Positions 28,501-35,292 of a stretch of 35,292 bases of DNA are shown here, one piece after another. The notes below the pieces were generated by a model. It was not told the origin of the DNA, did no database searches, and worked only from the letters and a program-made list of their open reading frames with translations. Both the position numbers and the translations under genes were made by a program. Source of the DNA: a virus (Duplodnaviria; Caudoviricetes); the IMG/VR virus record IMGVR_UViG_3300030330_001066, positions 1 to 35,292 of that record; one strand, written 5' to 3'. Positions within the stretch are counted from its first letter, which is position 1. Every line of letters begins with the position of its first letter.

Positions 28501-28662
28501 TTAATCGACTTCTGGGGCGATATAACCCGTATACCCTGTATCGTTGGGATACGTTTTCGTATTTTAACGATTACGACCTCGACTAGATTAACGCCATAGT
28601 AGGCGAATAACGTTTTTTTACCTAAACGACCTGGGTTAGATATCGTTCTAACAAACGAATTA
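28501..28662 (-). ncRNA. Candidate structured 5' leader RNA of the capsid gene
   Basis: Several short hairpins whose loops carry CG(A/T)TA; possible closing stem TTAATTCG/CGATTAA. Confidence 0.5.
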
Positions 28663-28668
28663 ACTACA

Positions 28669-28677
28669 ATCCTAACA
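28669..28677 (-). promoter_or_regulatory. Candidate extended -10 promoter
   Basis: TGtTAGGAT just upstream of the structured leader. Confidence 0.35.
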
Positions 28678-28682
28678 TAAAT

Positions 28683-29726
28683 TTATCCAAAGTCACCACG
28701 TAATCGTCTTACTGTTTCCTCTGGTAATGCTCCAAACTCATCATCAGACAGTGTATTTATGTCTGTAACTTTGTCGCCACGTGCTGAAGCACTTTCTCCT
28801 TTTAATGTAGGAGGTTGGGCTTTTGAAGCAGCTATTTTGTTTTTTACATTAGCTTTTTGTTTCTTTTGAGCTATTTCTTTAGACTGCGTAGCTACTTTAG
28901 CCTCCGCTGGTCTTAACAACTCAGGTTGTTTTGCAGCTAGAGTGTATTCAGTTGCTTTTGCTAAAGAATCTGCAGGTTCGTACCCTTGCACTATAAAAGC
29001 ATCCCTAAGATCCATTACTTCTCTAGTAATTTCTTCATTAAACTCTGCAGAATTTTCATCTAAGATAGAAAAAGTACTAGCAATTTCCGCGGCTTTTGCT
29101 TGTAATTCTTGTTGTGCTTGATTCTGCTGTACTGTTTGACCCATTTGACGTTGTATATCAAACATCAAAGCATCTTTCTCAGCTTTACGTATCTCATTAC
29201 GTAGTTCAACAGCTTTAGCTGATTCTCCATCCAATATTAACTGTTGATATTCTTGTTCTTTAAGATCAAAGTCATAAGTAGGAGCTGCTTCTTTAGCTTC
29301 TGCTTCTTTTTGTTCTATTTCTTCAATGCGTTTTTGCATTTTTTTATTTTTAGCTAATACTTCGTCTAACCTAGACTTAGGCACCATTGGAGCTTTTGGT
29401 TTTTCTGCTACAACTTCTTCTTCTTCTACAACTTCTTCAGCAGGAAACTCTACAGTATCTTCTTCTGCAACAGGTTCTTCTGTTTCTGCTACAGCTTCTT
29501 CTTCAGCTACTGGTTCTTCTACAGCTTCTTCAGCTACTGGTTCTTCCGCAACTTCTTCGGTAGTTTCTTCAACCTCTGCTACTGCTTCTTCTGGAGCAGC
29601 TTCATCTTCAAAATTTAAATCTACTTGAAATGATTCAATATCTTTTTCTGTTTTTACTTCACCACCTGGCATAGCATCCATTACTATGTCATCGGTTGAT
29701 TTAGCTTTCTTTTTATTTTTAGCCAT
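28683..29726 (-). CDS. Capsid scaffolding protein
   Basis: Glu-rich disordered N-terminus, MVPKSRLDEV motif, coiled coil, LSDDEFGALPEE..RRLRGD C-terminus; between portal and capsid. Confidence 0.85.
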   Translation of the reverse strand: MAKNKKKAKSTDDIVMDAMPGGEVKTEKDIESFQVDLNFEDEAAPEEAVAEVEETTEEVAEEPVAEEAVEEPVAEEEAVAETEEPVAEEDTVEFPAEEVVEEEEVVAEKPKAPMVPKSRLDEVLAKNKKMQKRIEEIEQKEAEAKEAAPTYDFDLKEQEYQQLILDGESAKAVELRNEIRKAEKDALMFDIQRQMGQTVQQNQAQQELQAKAAEIASTFSILDENSAEFNEEITREVMDLRDAFIVQGYEPADSLAKATEYTLAAKQPELLRPAEAKVATQSKEIAQKKQKANVKNKIAASKAQPPTLKGESASARGDKVTDINTLSDDEFGALPEETVRRLRGDFG

Positions 29727-31837
29727 TATTCACGCCCTCCTGTAGGCTTCATTGCAGCAACAGCGATTTTAGACGCCGCTTGAGTTTCACTTTGTCCAGT
29801 TCTAACTTGATTAGTCATTTGAGATAACCTTTCACGTAGAGCTAGTTCTTCTTGTTTAATTGCAATCTTACTCTGTATGTCAGCCATCTTCAATTGTGGA
29901 TCAATTTCAGAAGTATCTTGAGCTTTAGCCATGTTGAGTTGTGCTTGTGATTGCAACTGTTGTACTTCAGCTTCGAGCTTAGCAATTTCTAGTTGAGTAG
30001 ATCTAATAGCTGCTTGAGCTTGGAACTGTTGTAATTCAGCTTGTTCTGGAGTTAACGGGTTAGTACCCTGCATAGATCGAATACGCTCTGCAATATTAGC
30101 TTTCTGTGCTAAGTGTGAATATTCAACAATTAAATCATCAGGTATAGGAACTCCTACTTGACGTAATTGTATAGCTTCCGCAAATTGTATTTCTTCAAAG
30201 GTATCTCTAGATGGAGCTGTGCTTATAATAACGTCATACTCTCCTAGAGTTAAGTCATTAATAACAAACCCTTCGGGAGTCATTTGGTTTACTCTCATTG
30301 GTACTCGTGGTTTAGAAGGGTCTTGTTCATCTGTAATCTGTATTAAACGTTCTTCTGTGTAGTATTTTTGCACTAAGTTAAGAACTTTCTCTGCTAAATA
30401 TTGCCTAGTTTTAGTCAAATTATCCAATGGAACTTGAATCATCATAGCTCCACGGTTTTGTTTTTGTTGTATTGCTATTCCAGAAACTTCAGGGCTATCT
30501 GTACCAAGCATAGCGTCACTAATGCCACTAATTTGTTTTATGTTAGCAGCTGCTTTTTGACTTATTCTGTCTAAACCAGTTGGTATTTGGTTTGGAGGTA
30601 TTTTTGCAGGAGGGCTAGATCCTCTGTTGAATTCTAAAACTAAACCTGTTTCTGCTCCATGTTCTTCTAAGTCATCTGCAGTCATGCCTTGTAATGACCC
30701 TGTTTCTACAATCCATCCACTATTCGCTGTAGTGTTTACTATATGTAGTTCTTGTGAGCTAATTTTATTTAATTGTTCTTGGGGTGAAATAAGGTTTCGT
30801 ACCATACCAAAAGGTTTACCTCTCCTCCAATATGGGAAATAAGGAACTAAAGTAAAGTGGTCATACGGAGACCAGTCATCAAATAGTACTACTGTGTCTG
30901 CAGTAACAGTCCAACGCACTTTACGGACCGTTTTTGTAAGTATCTCTAAACCAAAATCGTCTGCAAACTTTTCTCTTTTCTTTTTACCCCAAACGTATGG
31001 GATCTCACGCATATCTCCTGTCACACTATCTACATAGAACATACATTCTTTCAACTTATAATATTGACGCTCTATTACACGGACTGCACGTAACATTCTA
31101 GATTCTTCTGGGTTACTTTTATTACCTTGGTTGTATTCTACCCCTGCCATTGTGTCTCCGTATCTGTTTTCTTCATACTCTACAGAGTCCGTACCTAATG
31201 CAGAACCTAGTTCTACAGCCACACGAAGTTGATCTGCTTTTTTCTGCCCATAAGTTTCTTCTATTTCATCTAAGCTCATCCACTTAGTTTCAAATATTTC
31301 ATTCCAATTTTTTGGGTCATAGTCTTTAGCATCAGGGTCAATAACTATGTCTAAAGGATCTTTAGCAGTGATTCGTACCTCACCTTGTATATGATCGTCA
31401 AAATCTACACGAACATCGAACCAGCCTCTATCTTGTATAAGACCATCAGAAAATACTTGTGACTCTACCCAAGACAGTTTGTTGTTATCACTTATCTGCA
31501 TAAACAAACGGTCTAGCACATCTGCTACTTCTTGTTTACCTCTACCACGGGGTTTGAAATTAACATCCATACGTCTAGTACTTTGTTCTCCTAACACTGC
31601 ATTAATTGTAGGAAGTATTGTATTAATGGTTAAAGCAGGTCTGCCTTGGTCATCTAGAGCAGAAACATCTCCGTGATCCCATTGTTGTCCACGATAAAAC
31701 GCATCGCATTGTTTTGCGATCTCTATGTAATCTAGGTGCCCATTATCACGTGCTCGAACATAACAGTCGTATTGATTCCTAGCTAGTTCGTGTTCCTCTG
31801 CTTTACTTAGTTTTTGTTTTACTTTTTTGTATGCCAT
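29726..31837 (-). CDS. Portal protein (P22-like size and layout)
   Basis: FYRGQQW, GRPALTINTI, GMVRNLISPQEQLNK, SGIAIQQKQ and Gln-rich C-terminal barrel; follows TerL. Confidence 0.92.
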   Translation of the reverse strand: MAYKKVKQKLSKAEEHELARNQYDCYVRARDNGHLDYIEIAKQCDAFYRGQQWDHGDVSALDDQGRPALTINTILPTINAVLGEQSTRRMDVNFKPRGRGKQEVADVLDRLFMQISDNNKLSWVESQVFSDGLIQDRGWFDVRVDFDDHIQGEVRITAKDPLDIVIDPDAKDYDPKNWNEIFETKWMSLDEIEETYGQKKADQLRVAVELGSALGTDSVEYEENRYGDTMAGVEYNQGNKSNPEESRMLRAVRVIERQYYKLKECMFYVDSVTGDMREIPYVWGKKKREKFADDFGLEILTKTVRKVRWTVTADTVVLFDDWSPYDHFTLVPYFPYWRRGKPFGMVRNLISPQEQLNKISSQELHIVNTTANSGWIVETGSLQGMTADDLEEHGAETGLVLEFNRGSSPPAKIPPNQIPTGLDRISQKAAANIKQISGISDAMLGTDSPEVSGIAIQQKQNRGAMMIQVPLDNLTKTRQYLAEKVLNLVQKYYTEERLIQITDEQDPSKPRVPMRVNQMTPEGFVINDLTLGEYDVIISTAPSRDTFEEIQFAEAIQLRQVGVPIPDDLIVEYSHLAQKANIAERIRSMQGTNPLTPEQAELQQFQAQAAIRSTQLEIAKLEAEVQQLQSQAQLNMAKAQDTSEIDPQLKMADIQSKIAIKQEELALRERLSQMTNQVRTGQSETQAASKIAVAAMKPTGGRE

Positions 31838-33483
31838 TATGCGCTCATTGCTGTTTTAACGTTATCACCTTTAGCTATCGTACGTAACCTATCTCTCCAA
31901 GATGGTACATGTTCTATAGGTTCAATGTATGTAGAAAACTCTGTCATCATTAAACCTATCCATGCTAAAGCATCTACCTGGTCATCGTGTACTCCATTTG
32001 GAAAACGTAATAACTCTGCTATTAAAGGTCCTACCCATAAAGGTTCTTTTGGAAAATATACCATGCCTTGTTGCATACGACCTTGAATTGCTCTAGCTCT
32101 GGCCTCCTTATCTCTTCGTCCCGTTTTTAAATCTCTAAAATAAGCTTCATTTAGCCTACGCTCTCTTACACGTTTTTCTAGAAACGGACCTAGTGCCATT
32201 TCTATGTGACCTTTCTCTATACCAACTACTCCAGGTCTCCAAGTTTCGTATAAGTCTAAAATTCTTTCTACGAGTTCAAAACCATCCCACTTGCCTCGTA
32301 CACAGTCTACTACATATAGCCTATCATATTCATCTACTGCTACTACTAATCCTACCGAATAATCGTTACGCTCTCGTTGTCCAATTGCTAAATCCCAAGC
32401 GCAGTAGTAACGAAGTCTAGTATAATCTAAATCAGCTTCATCGTAATAATTTATCATGTCTCTATTAAAATAATCACCCTCGTCTGCTACAGGGTTTTGT
32501 TGGTATAGTGCTGACCAATCCCTAGGTCCTATTGCTTTTTGTATTTTACCCAAAGAAGAAACATCATATCTTTCAGGATGTAACGCTTCGCCTTCTAATC
32601 TAAATTCTTCATCTTGTTCCGCAATCGCAGGGTATTTAACTACCTCCCAATCGTCTGCTCCATCAGCTGCTGCAGCTAACAACCTACCTGCTAAATCATC
32701 ATCGTGCCAACGTGTAAGAATAACAAGTATACCTCCCCCTGGAGCTAAACGTGTGTATGCAGTTGATGTATACCAATCCCAAACTGAGTCACGACTGTAT
32801 TCAGATTCCGCATCTTCTCGGTTTTTTACAGGGTCATCTATTACAAGTACGTGAGCTCCTTTACCTGTAATACCACCACCTACACCAGCTGCTACATAAC
32901 CACCACCTTTAGTAGTAAGCCATGACTCAACTGACTGAGAAGTTGGATCTAGGGAAGCGTCACTAAATACATTTTTATAGTTGGGTTCACGAAGCTGATG
33001 TCTTACTTTTCTAGAAAAGGACATAGCCAAAGAACTTGAATATGAACAACTTATAAACTCGTGTTCTGGGTTTCGACCTAAATGCCATGCTGGAAACGCA
33101 ACACTAGCTAATGTTGATTTACCGTGTCGGGGCGGCATGAACAACATCAGCCTGGGAGACTTTCGTTCCGTAACCGCATGGCTAAACTTTTCTAGACGTT
33201 GGCATATGTCTTTATGTACCCAACCTGCTAGATAGTTAGAATCAAACCGCTCTACAAAAGGCAGCATGTGTTTACGTGCAAGTGCACGAAGAGCTAACTC
33301 TCGATGTGCTGCAGCTTCTTGTGTAAGTCGTTGTTCTTCTTTTTTACTTACTTTGACGGTCGGTTTTTCAATACGTTCAGCTTCGTCCGCTTTACAATAC
33401 ACACAAACACTGTCATCGGATGGATACAGTGTTTCAGGGTGTAGAGCTTTACACCTAACGCATTCTAGTTTGGTAATGTCCAC
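31837..33483 (-). CDS. terL: Terminase large subunit
   Basis: Walker A MPPRHGKS, Walker B LVIDD, TRWHDDDLAG, nuclease AWDLA and FPNGVHDDQVDA. Confidence 0.96.
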   Translation of the reverse strand: MDITKLECVRCKALHPETLYPSDDSVCVYCKADEAERIEKPTVKVSKKEEQRLTQEAAAHRELALRALARKHMLPFVERFDSNYLAGWVHKDICQRLEKFSHAVTERKSPRLMLFMPPRHGKSTLASVAFPAWHLGRNPEHEFISCSYSSSLAMSFSRKVRHQLREPNYKNVFSDASLDPTSQSVESWLTTKGGGYVAAGVGGGITGKGAHVLVIDDPVKNREDAESEYSRDSVWDWYTSTAYTRLAPGGGILVILTRWHDDDLAGRLLAAAADGADDWEVVKYPAIAEQDEEFRLEGEALHPERYDVSSLGKIQKAIGPRDWSALYQQNPVADEGDYFNRDMINYYDEADLDYTRLRYYCAWDLAIGQRERNDYSVGLVVAVDEYDRLYVVDCVRGKWDGFELVERILDLYETWRPGVVGIEKGHIEMALGPFLEKRVRERRLNEAYFRDLKTGRRDKEARARAIQGRMQQGMVYFPKEPLWVGPLIAELLRFPNGVHDDQVDALAWIGLMMTEFSTYIEPIEHVPSWRDRLRTIAKGDNVKTAMSA

Positions 33484-33569
33484 TAATAACTGCTATAAGT
33501 CATTTTTTTTCTTTTTTTAACTTTTTTCTTCTTTTTCTTTTTTGTCATCTTCTTTTTATATGGTCCCAT
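33483..33569 (-). CDS. 28-aa poly-lysine peptide; absent from ORF track
   Basis: MGPYKKKMTKKKKKKKVKKRKKMTYSSY*; AAGGA upstream; TAG overlaps the terL GTG. Confidence 0.55.
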   Translation of the reverse strand: MGPYKKKMTKKKKKKKVKKRKKMTYSSY

Positions 33570-33593
33570 CTTATGTAGTTCCTTCTTAGTTAG

Positions 33594-33890
33594 TTAACAC
33601 TTCCACCTTCTTCTAGCTTGTCTTATCCTAGAATTAGGATTGTTTCTGGTTTTTGCAGAACTTCTTTTCAACTGCCCCAATGACCTAGCGCAGTAGGATT
33701 TTCTTCTTTTAGCAGCTTTACTGCCTTTTTTAACTTTACCAGTTACAGCAGTTTTGAGCTTAGATCCAGGATTAGCACGTCTGTACGCAGCTACACCTTT
33801 TTTGGTCATACCTGCACCCGCTTTAGTTTTACGATAATTACCACCTTTACCAGTGGTTCTTCGTATAGCTTTAGCTCTTTTTCTTGCCAC
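33594..33890 (-). CDS. Highly basic small phage protein
   Basis: GMTKKGVAAYRRANPGSKL and RRKSYCARS...RRRWKC. Confidence 0.8.
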   Translation of the reverse strand: MARKRAKAIRRTTGKGGNYRKTKAGAGMTKKGVAAYRRANPGSKLKTAVTGKVKKGSKAAKRRKSYCARSLGQLKRSSAKTRNNPNSRIRQARRRWKC

Positions 33891-34209
33891 GAGTCACTCT
33901 CCTTCTAGACGTAGACTTCTTCCTGGCTGTCTTTTTCTTAGTTTTTTTCTTAACTATAGTTTTAACGTTAGTAGGTTTACCTCCTGGGTTCCCTGCTGCA
34001 CGTTTACGTTTAACGGCACTTCTTTTTTGAGCCGCGGTCATGCTTTTAGCTTTAGCTTTTGGTACACATTTTGGGTATTTACGTTTGCTTCCGCCTTTGG
34101 CTGACTTTCTACCACAAGGCTGGTACTTTCCTTTCTTCTTTGGAGCACCAATATCAACCCATTTTTCTTTAAACCACTTAGTTAGCCCACCTCTAGGTTT
34201 ACTAGCCAC
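33871..34209 (-). CDS. Highly basic small phage protein
   Basis: GLTKWFKEKWVDI...PCGR...YPKCVP; GGAGG RBS. Confidence 0.8.
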   Translation of the reverse strand: MASKPRGGLTKWFKEKWVDIGAPKKKGKYQPCGRKSAKGGSKRKYPKCVPKAKAKSMTAAQKRSAVKRKRAAGNPGGKPTNVKTIVKKKTKKKTARKKSTSRRRVTRGKKKS

Positions 34210-34381
34210 TTCTATATCCTCCTCCGCGCTTTTTATAAGTCCTAACTAGCCAACCATTGGCGTACGCAGAAGGATAGACCTTAAATTTTCGTTTTGCTTC
34301 TGCTTTTACTCTTGCGTAAAGAGCTGGGTTAGTAGGTTTTGCGCCTTTCTTTTTAGATTTCTTTTTCTTTTTAGCTGCCAC
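34202..34381 (-). CDS. 59-aa basic protein; absent from ORF track
   Basis: GTG start with AGGAGG; PTNPALYARVKAEAKRKFKVYPSAYANGWLVRTYKKRGGGY. Confidence 0.8.
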   Translation of the reverse strand: MAAKKKKKSKKKGAKPTNPALYARVKAEAKRKFKVYPSAYANGWLVRTYKKRGGGYRSG

Positions 34382-34484
34382 GATTACCCCTCCTAGGGAC
34401 TGATTTATAACGATTCATTTTTTTAGCAAATTTTTTCATATTAGTAGGGTGAGGAGCATTTATCCCTGCGCAAGGTTTCTTCAT
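34371..34484 (-). CDS. 37-aa basic peptide; absent from ORF track
   Basis: MKKPCAGINAPHPTNMKKFAKKMNRYKSVPRRGNRGS*; ATGA overlap with the upstream ORF. Confidence 0.5.
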   Translation of the reverse strand: MKKPCAGINAPHPTNMKKFAKKMNRYKSVPRRGNRGS

Positions 34485-34654
34485 TCTAGTTTTACCCCTC
34501 TGCCTATTAATACATCAGCAAAAGTAGTTAGTCCATCCTCATTCAAATCAGGAAAATTAGCACTTTCACCTGTAGTAGGCTCTAGTTTCTTTTCTTGAGT
34601 GTCCATATCACCTATTTTTCCTGGACCTTTGTCCGTCATTTTTCTAGTTGCCAT
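34481..34654 (-). CDS. 57-aa peptide with single EF-hand-like loop; absent from ORF track
   Basis: ...FPDLNEDGLTTFADVLIGRGVKLE*; GAGG RBS; starts immediately after the terS stop. Confidence 0.7.
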   Translation of the reverse strand: MATRKMTDKGPGKIGDMDTQEKKLEPTTGESANFPDLNEDGLTTFADVLIGRGVKLE

Positions 34655-35176
34655 TTACTTTGCCTCTTTTTTATCAGTTTTAGGTACTAAATACTGGTTA
34701 TCTACTCCTGCTATTTTTAGTAACTCAGAATCGGGTAATCTTTCTAGCTGTTCTATAGAATCTACATTAATATTGATTTGAGTTCCATTCTCAGGTGTAA
34801 ACAAACCGTGAAGTTTGCATAAAGAATCTACAACGCGCGTTTCTTCGGTTGCATTTACAGATTTTCGATGCGCTTCTAGGTACATAGAAGTAGCTTGAGT
34901 TTTATCAAATTTTACTTGTTCGCGCATATCTTTGCGCAAATACGTAATTGCGTTTTGTATTTTGGGGCGCTTGAAAACCTTGTACACATGTTCAGGGTCA
35001 GCGTACCCCGCAGCACGGCCCGCGGCCGCTTTTGTCATCCCACGTATGTAGAACAGTATTAAACGCTCTTCTTGGACCGATAGTTCGTTTAATTTCATAT
35101 CCATATAAGGATAATGGGACTGCATTTCAGCTCTGTCCATATCAGTGAGTTCTGGTTTTTCTACGCTTTTACTCAT
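34655..35176 (-). CDS. terS: Terminase small subunit-like protein (start moved to ATG 35176)
   Basis: HTH-like LSVQEERLILFYIRGMTKAAAGRAAGY; SLCKLHGL; first gene of the packaging arm. Confidence 0.75.
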   Translation of the reverse strand: MSKSVEKPELTDMDRAEMQSHYPYMDMKLNELSVQEERLILFYIRGMTKAAAGRAAGYADPEHVYKVFKRPKIQNAITYLRKDMREQVKFDKTQATSMYLEAHRKSVNATEETRVVDSLCKLHGLFTPENGTQININVDSIEQLERLPDSELLKIAGVDNQYLVPKTDKKEAK

Positions 35177-35185
35177 CTGCAATTA

Positions 35186-35215
35186 ATTATAGAGCACGAA
35201 AGTGCTTTTTGTGAA
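35186..35215 (-). promoter_or_regulatory. Sigma70-type promoter candidate for the packaging/structural operon
   Basis: TTCACA-N18-TATAAT; spacer contains the AGCAC-TTTC-GTGCT inverted repeat. Confidence 0.55.
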
Positions 35216-35252
35216 ATTTTTTCTAGAAATTTTTTTTGTGAAAATTTTTTTC
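35206..35252. repeat. A/T-tract direct repeats flanking a palindrome
   Basis: TTTTTGTGAAA(A)TTTTTT(T)C twice, with TTTCTAGAAA at 35220-35229. Confidence 0.6.
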
Positions 35253-35292
35253 AACACCGCGCGGGCAGGGTCCTACTATCACTGCCATCACC

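Noticed and set aside
28465-28682. tRNA or recognisable riboswitch
   Set aside because: No T-loop or D-loop consensus, acceptor stem or aptamer consensus that I recognise; kept only as a candidate novel leader.
29400-29600. Short nucleotide repeats in the scaffold gene
   Set aside because: Ordinary EEPVAEE low-complexity coding repeats of an acidic scaffold.
375-34781. All other plus-strand ORFs in the track (e.g. 3295-3723, 14509-15072, 18973-19440)
   Set aside because: They overlap well-supported minus-strand genes and show no motifs.
35191-35210. Plus-strand intrinsic terminator (AGCAC-GAAA-GTGCT-TTTT)
   Set aside because: No plus-strand gene leads into it; better explained as part of the minus-strand promoter, though termination of antisense RNA is not excluded.

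Overview
The window is the packaging and virion-morphogenesis arm of an AT-rich tailed dsDNA phage, podovirus-like in layout and probably marine with a proteobacterial host (inference). All credible genes lie on the minus strand. From right to left: small terminase, a cluster of tiny basic or EF-hand-like ORFs, large terminase, portal, scaffold, N4-gp56-type major capsid, adaptors, ejection proteins (including a 2536-aa lysozyme/HExxH protein), tail and fibre genes, holin and endolysin, nozzle, a second fibre, and a curli-like secretion module (csgF, csgG and a curlin-like gene truncated by the window edge). The most unusual part is a cassette at about 6.4-10.9 kb. It encodes a Thr/Ser-rich protein whose irregularly spaced large residues mirror exactly around a central Gly turn (a predicted ~30-nm beta-hairpin), followed by an acyl-CoA-ligase-like protein, two glycosyltransferase-like proteins and a SecB chaperone. 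A CG-rich multi-hairpin leader precedes the capsid gene. All family calls come from motif recognition by eye; no searches were run.
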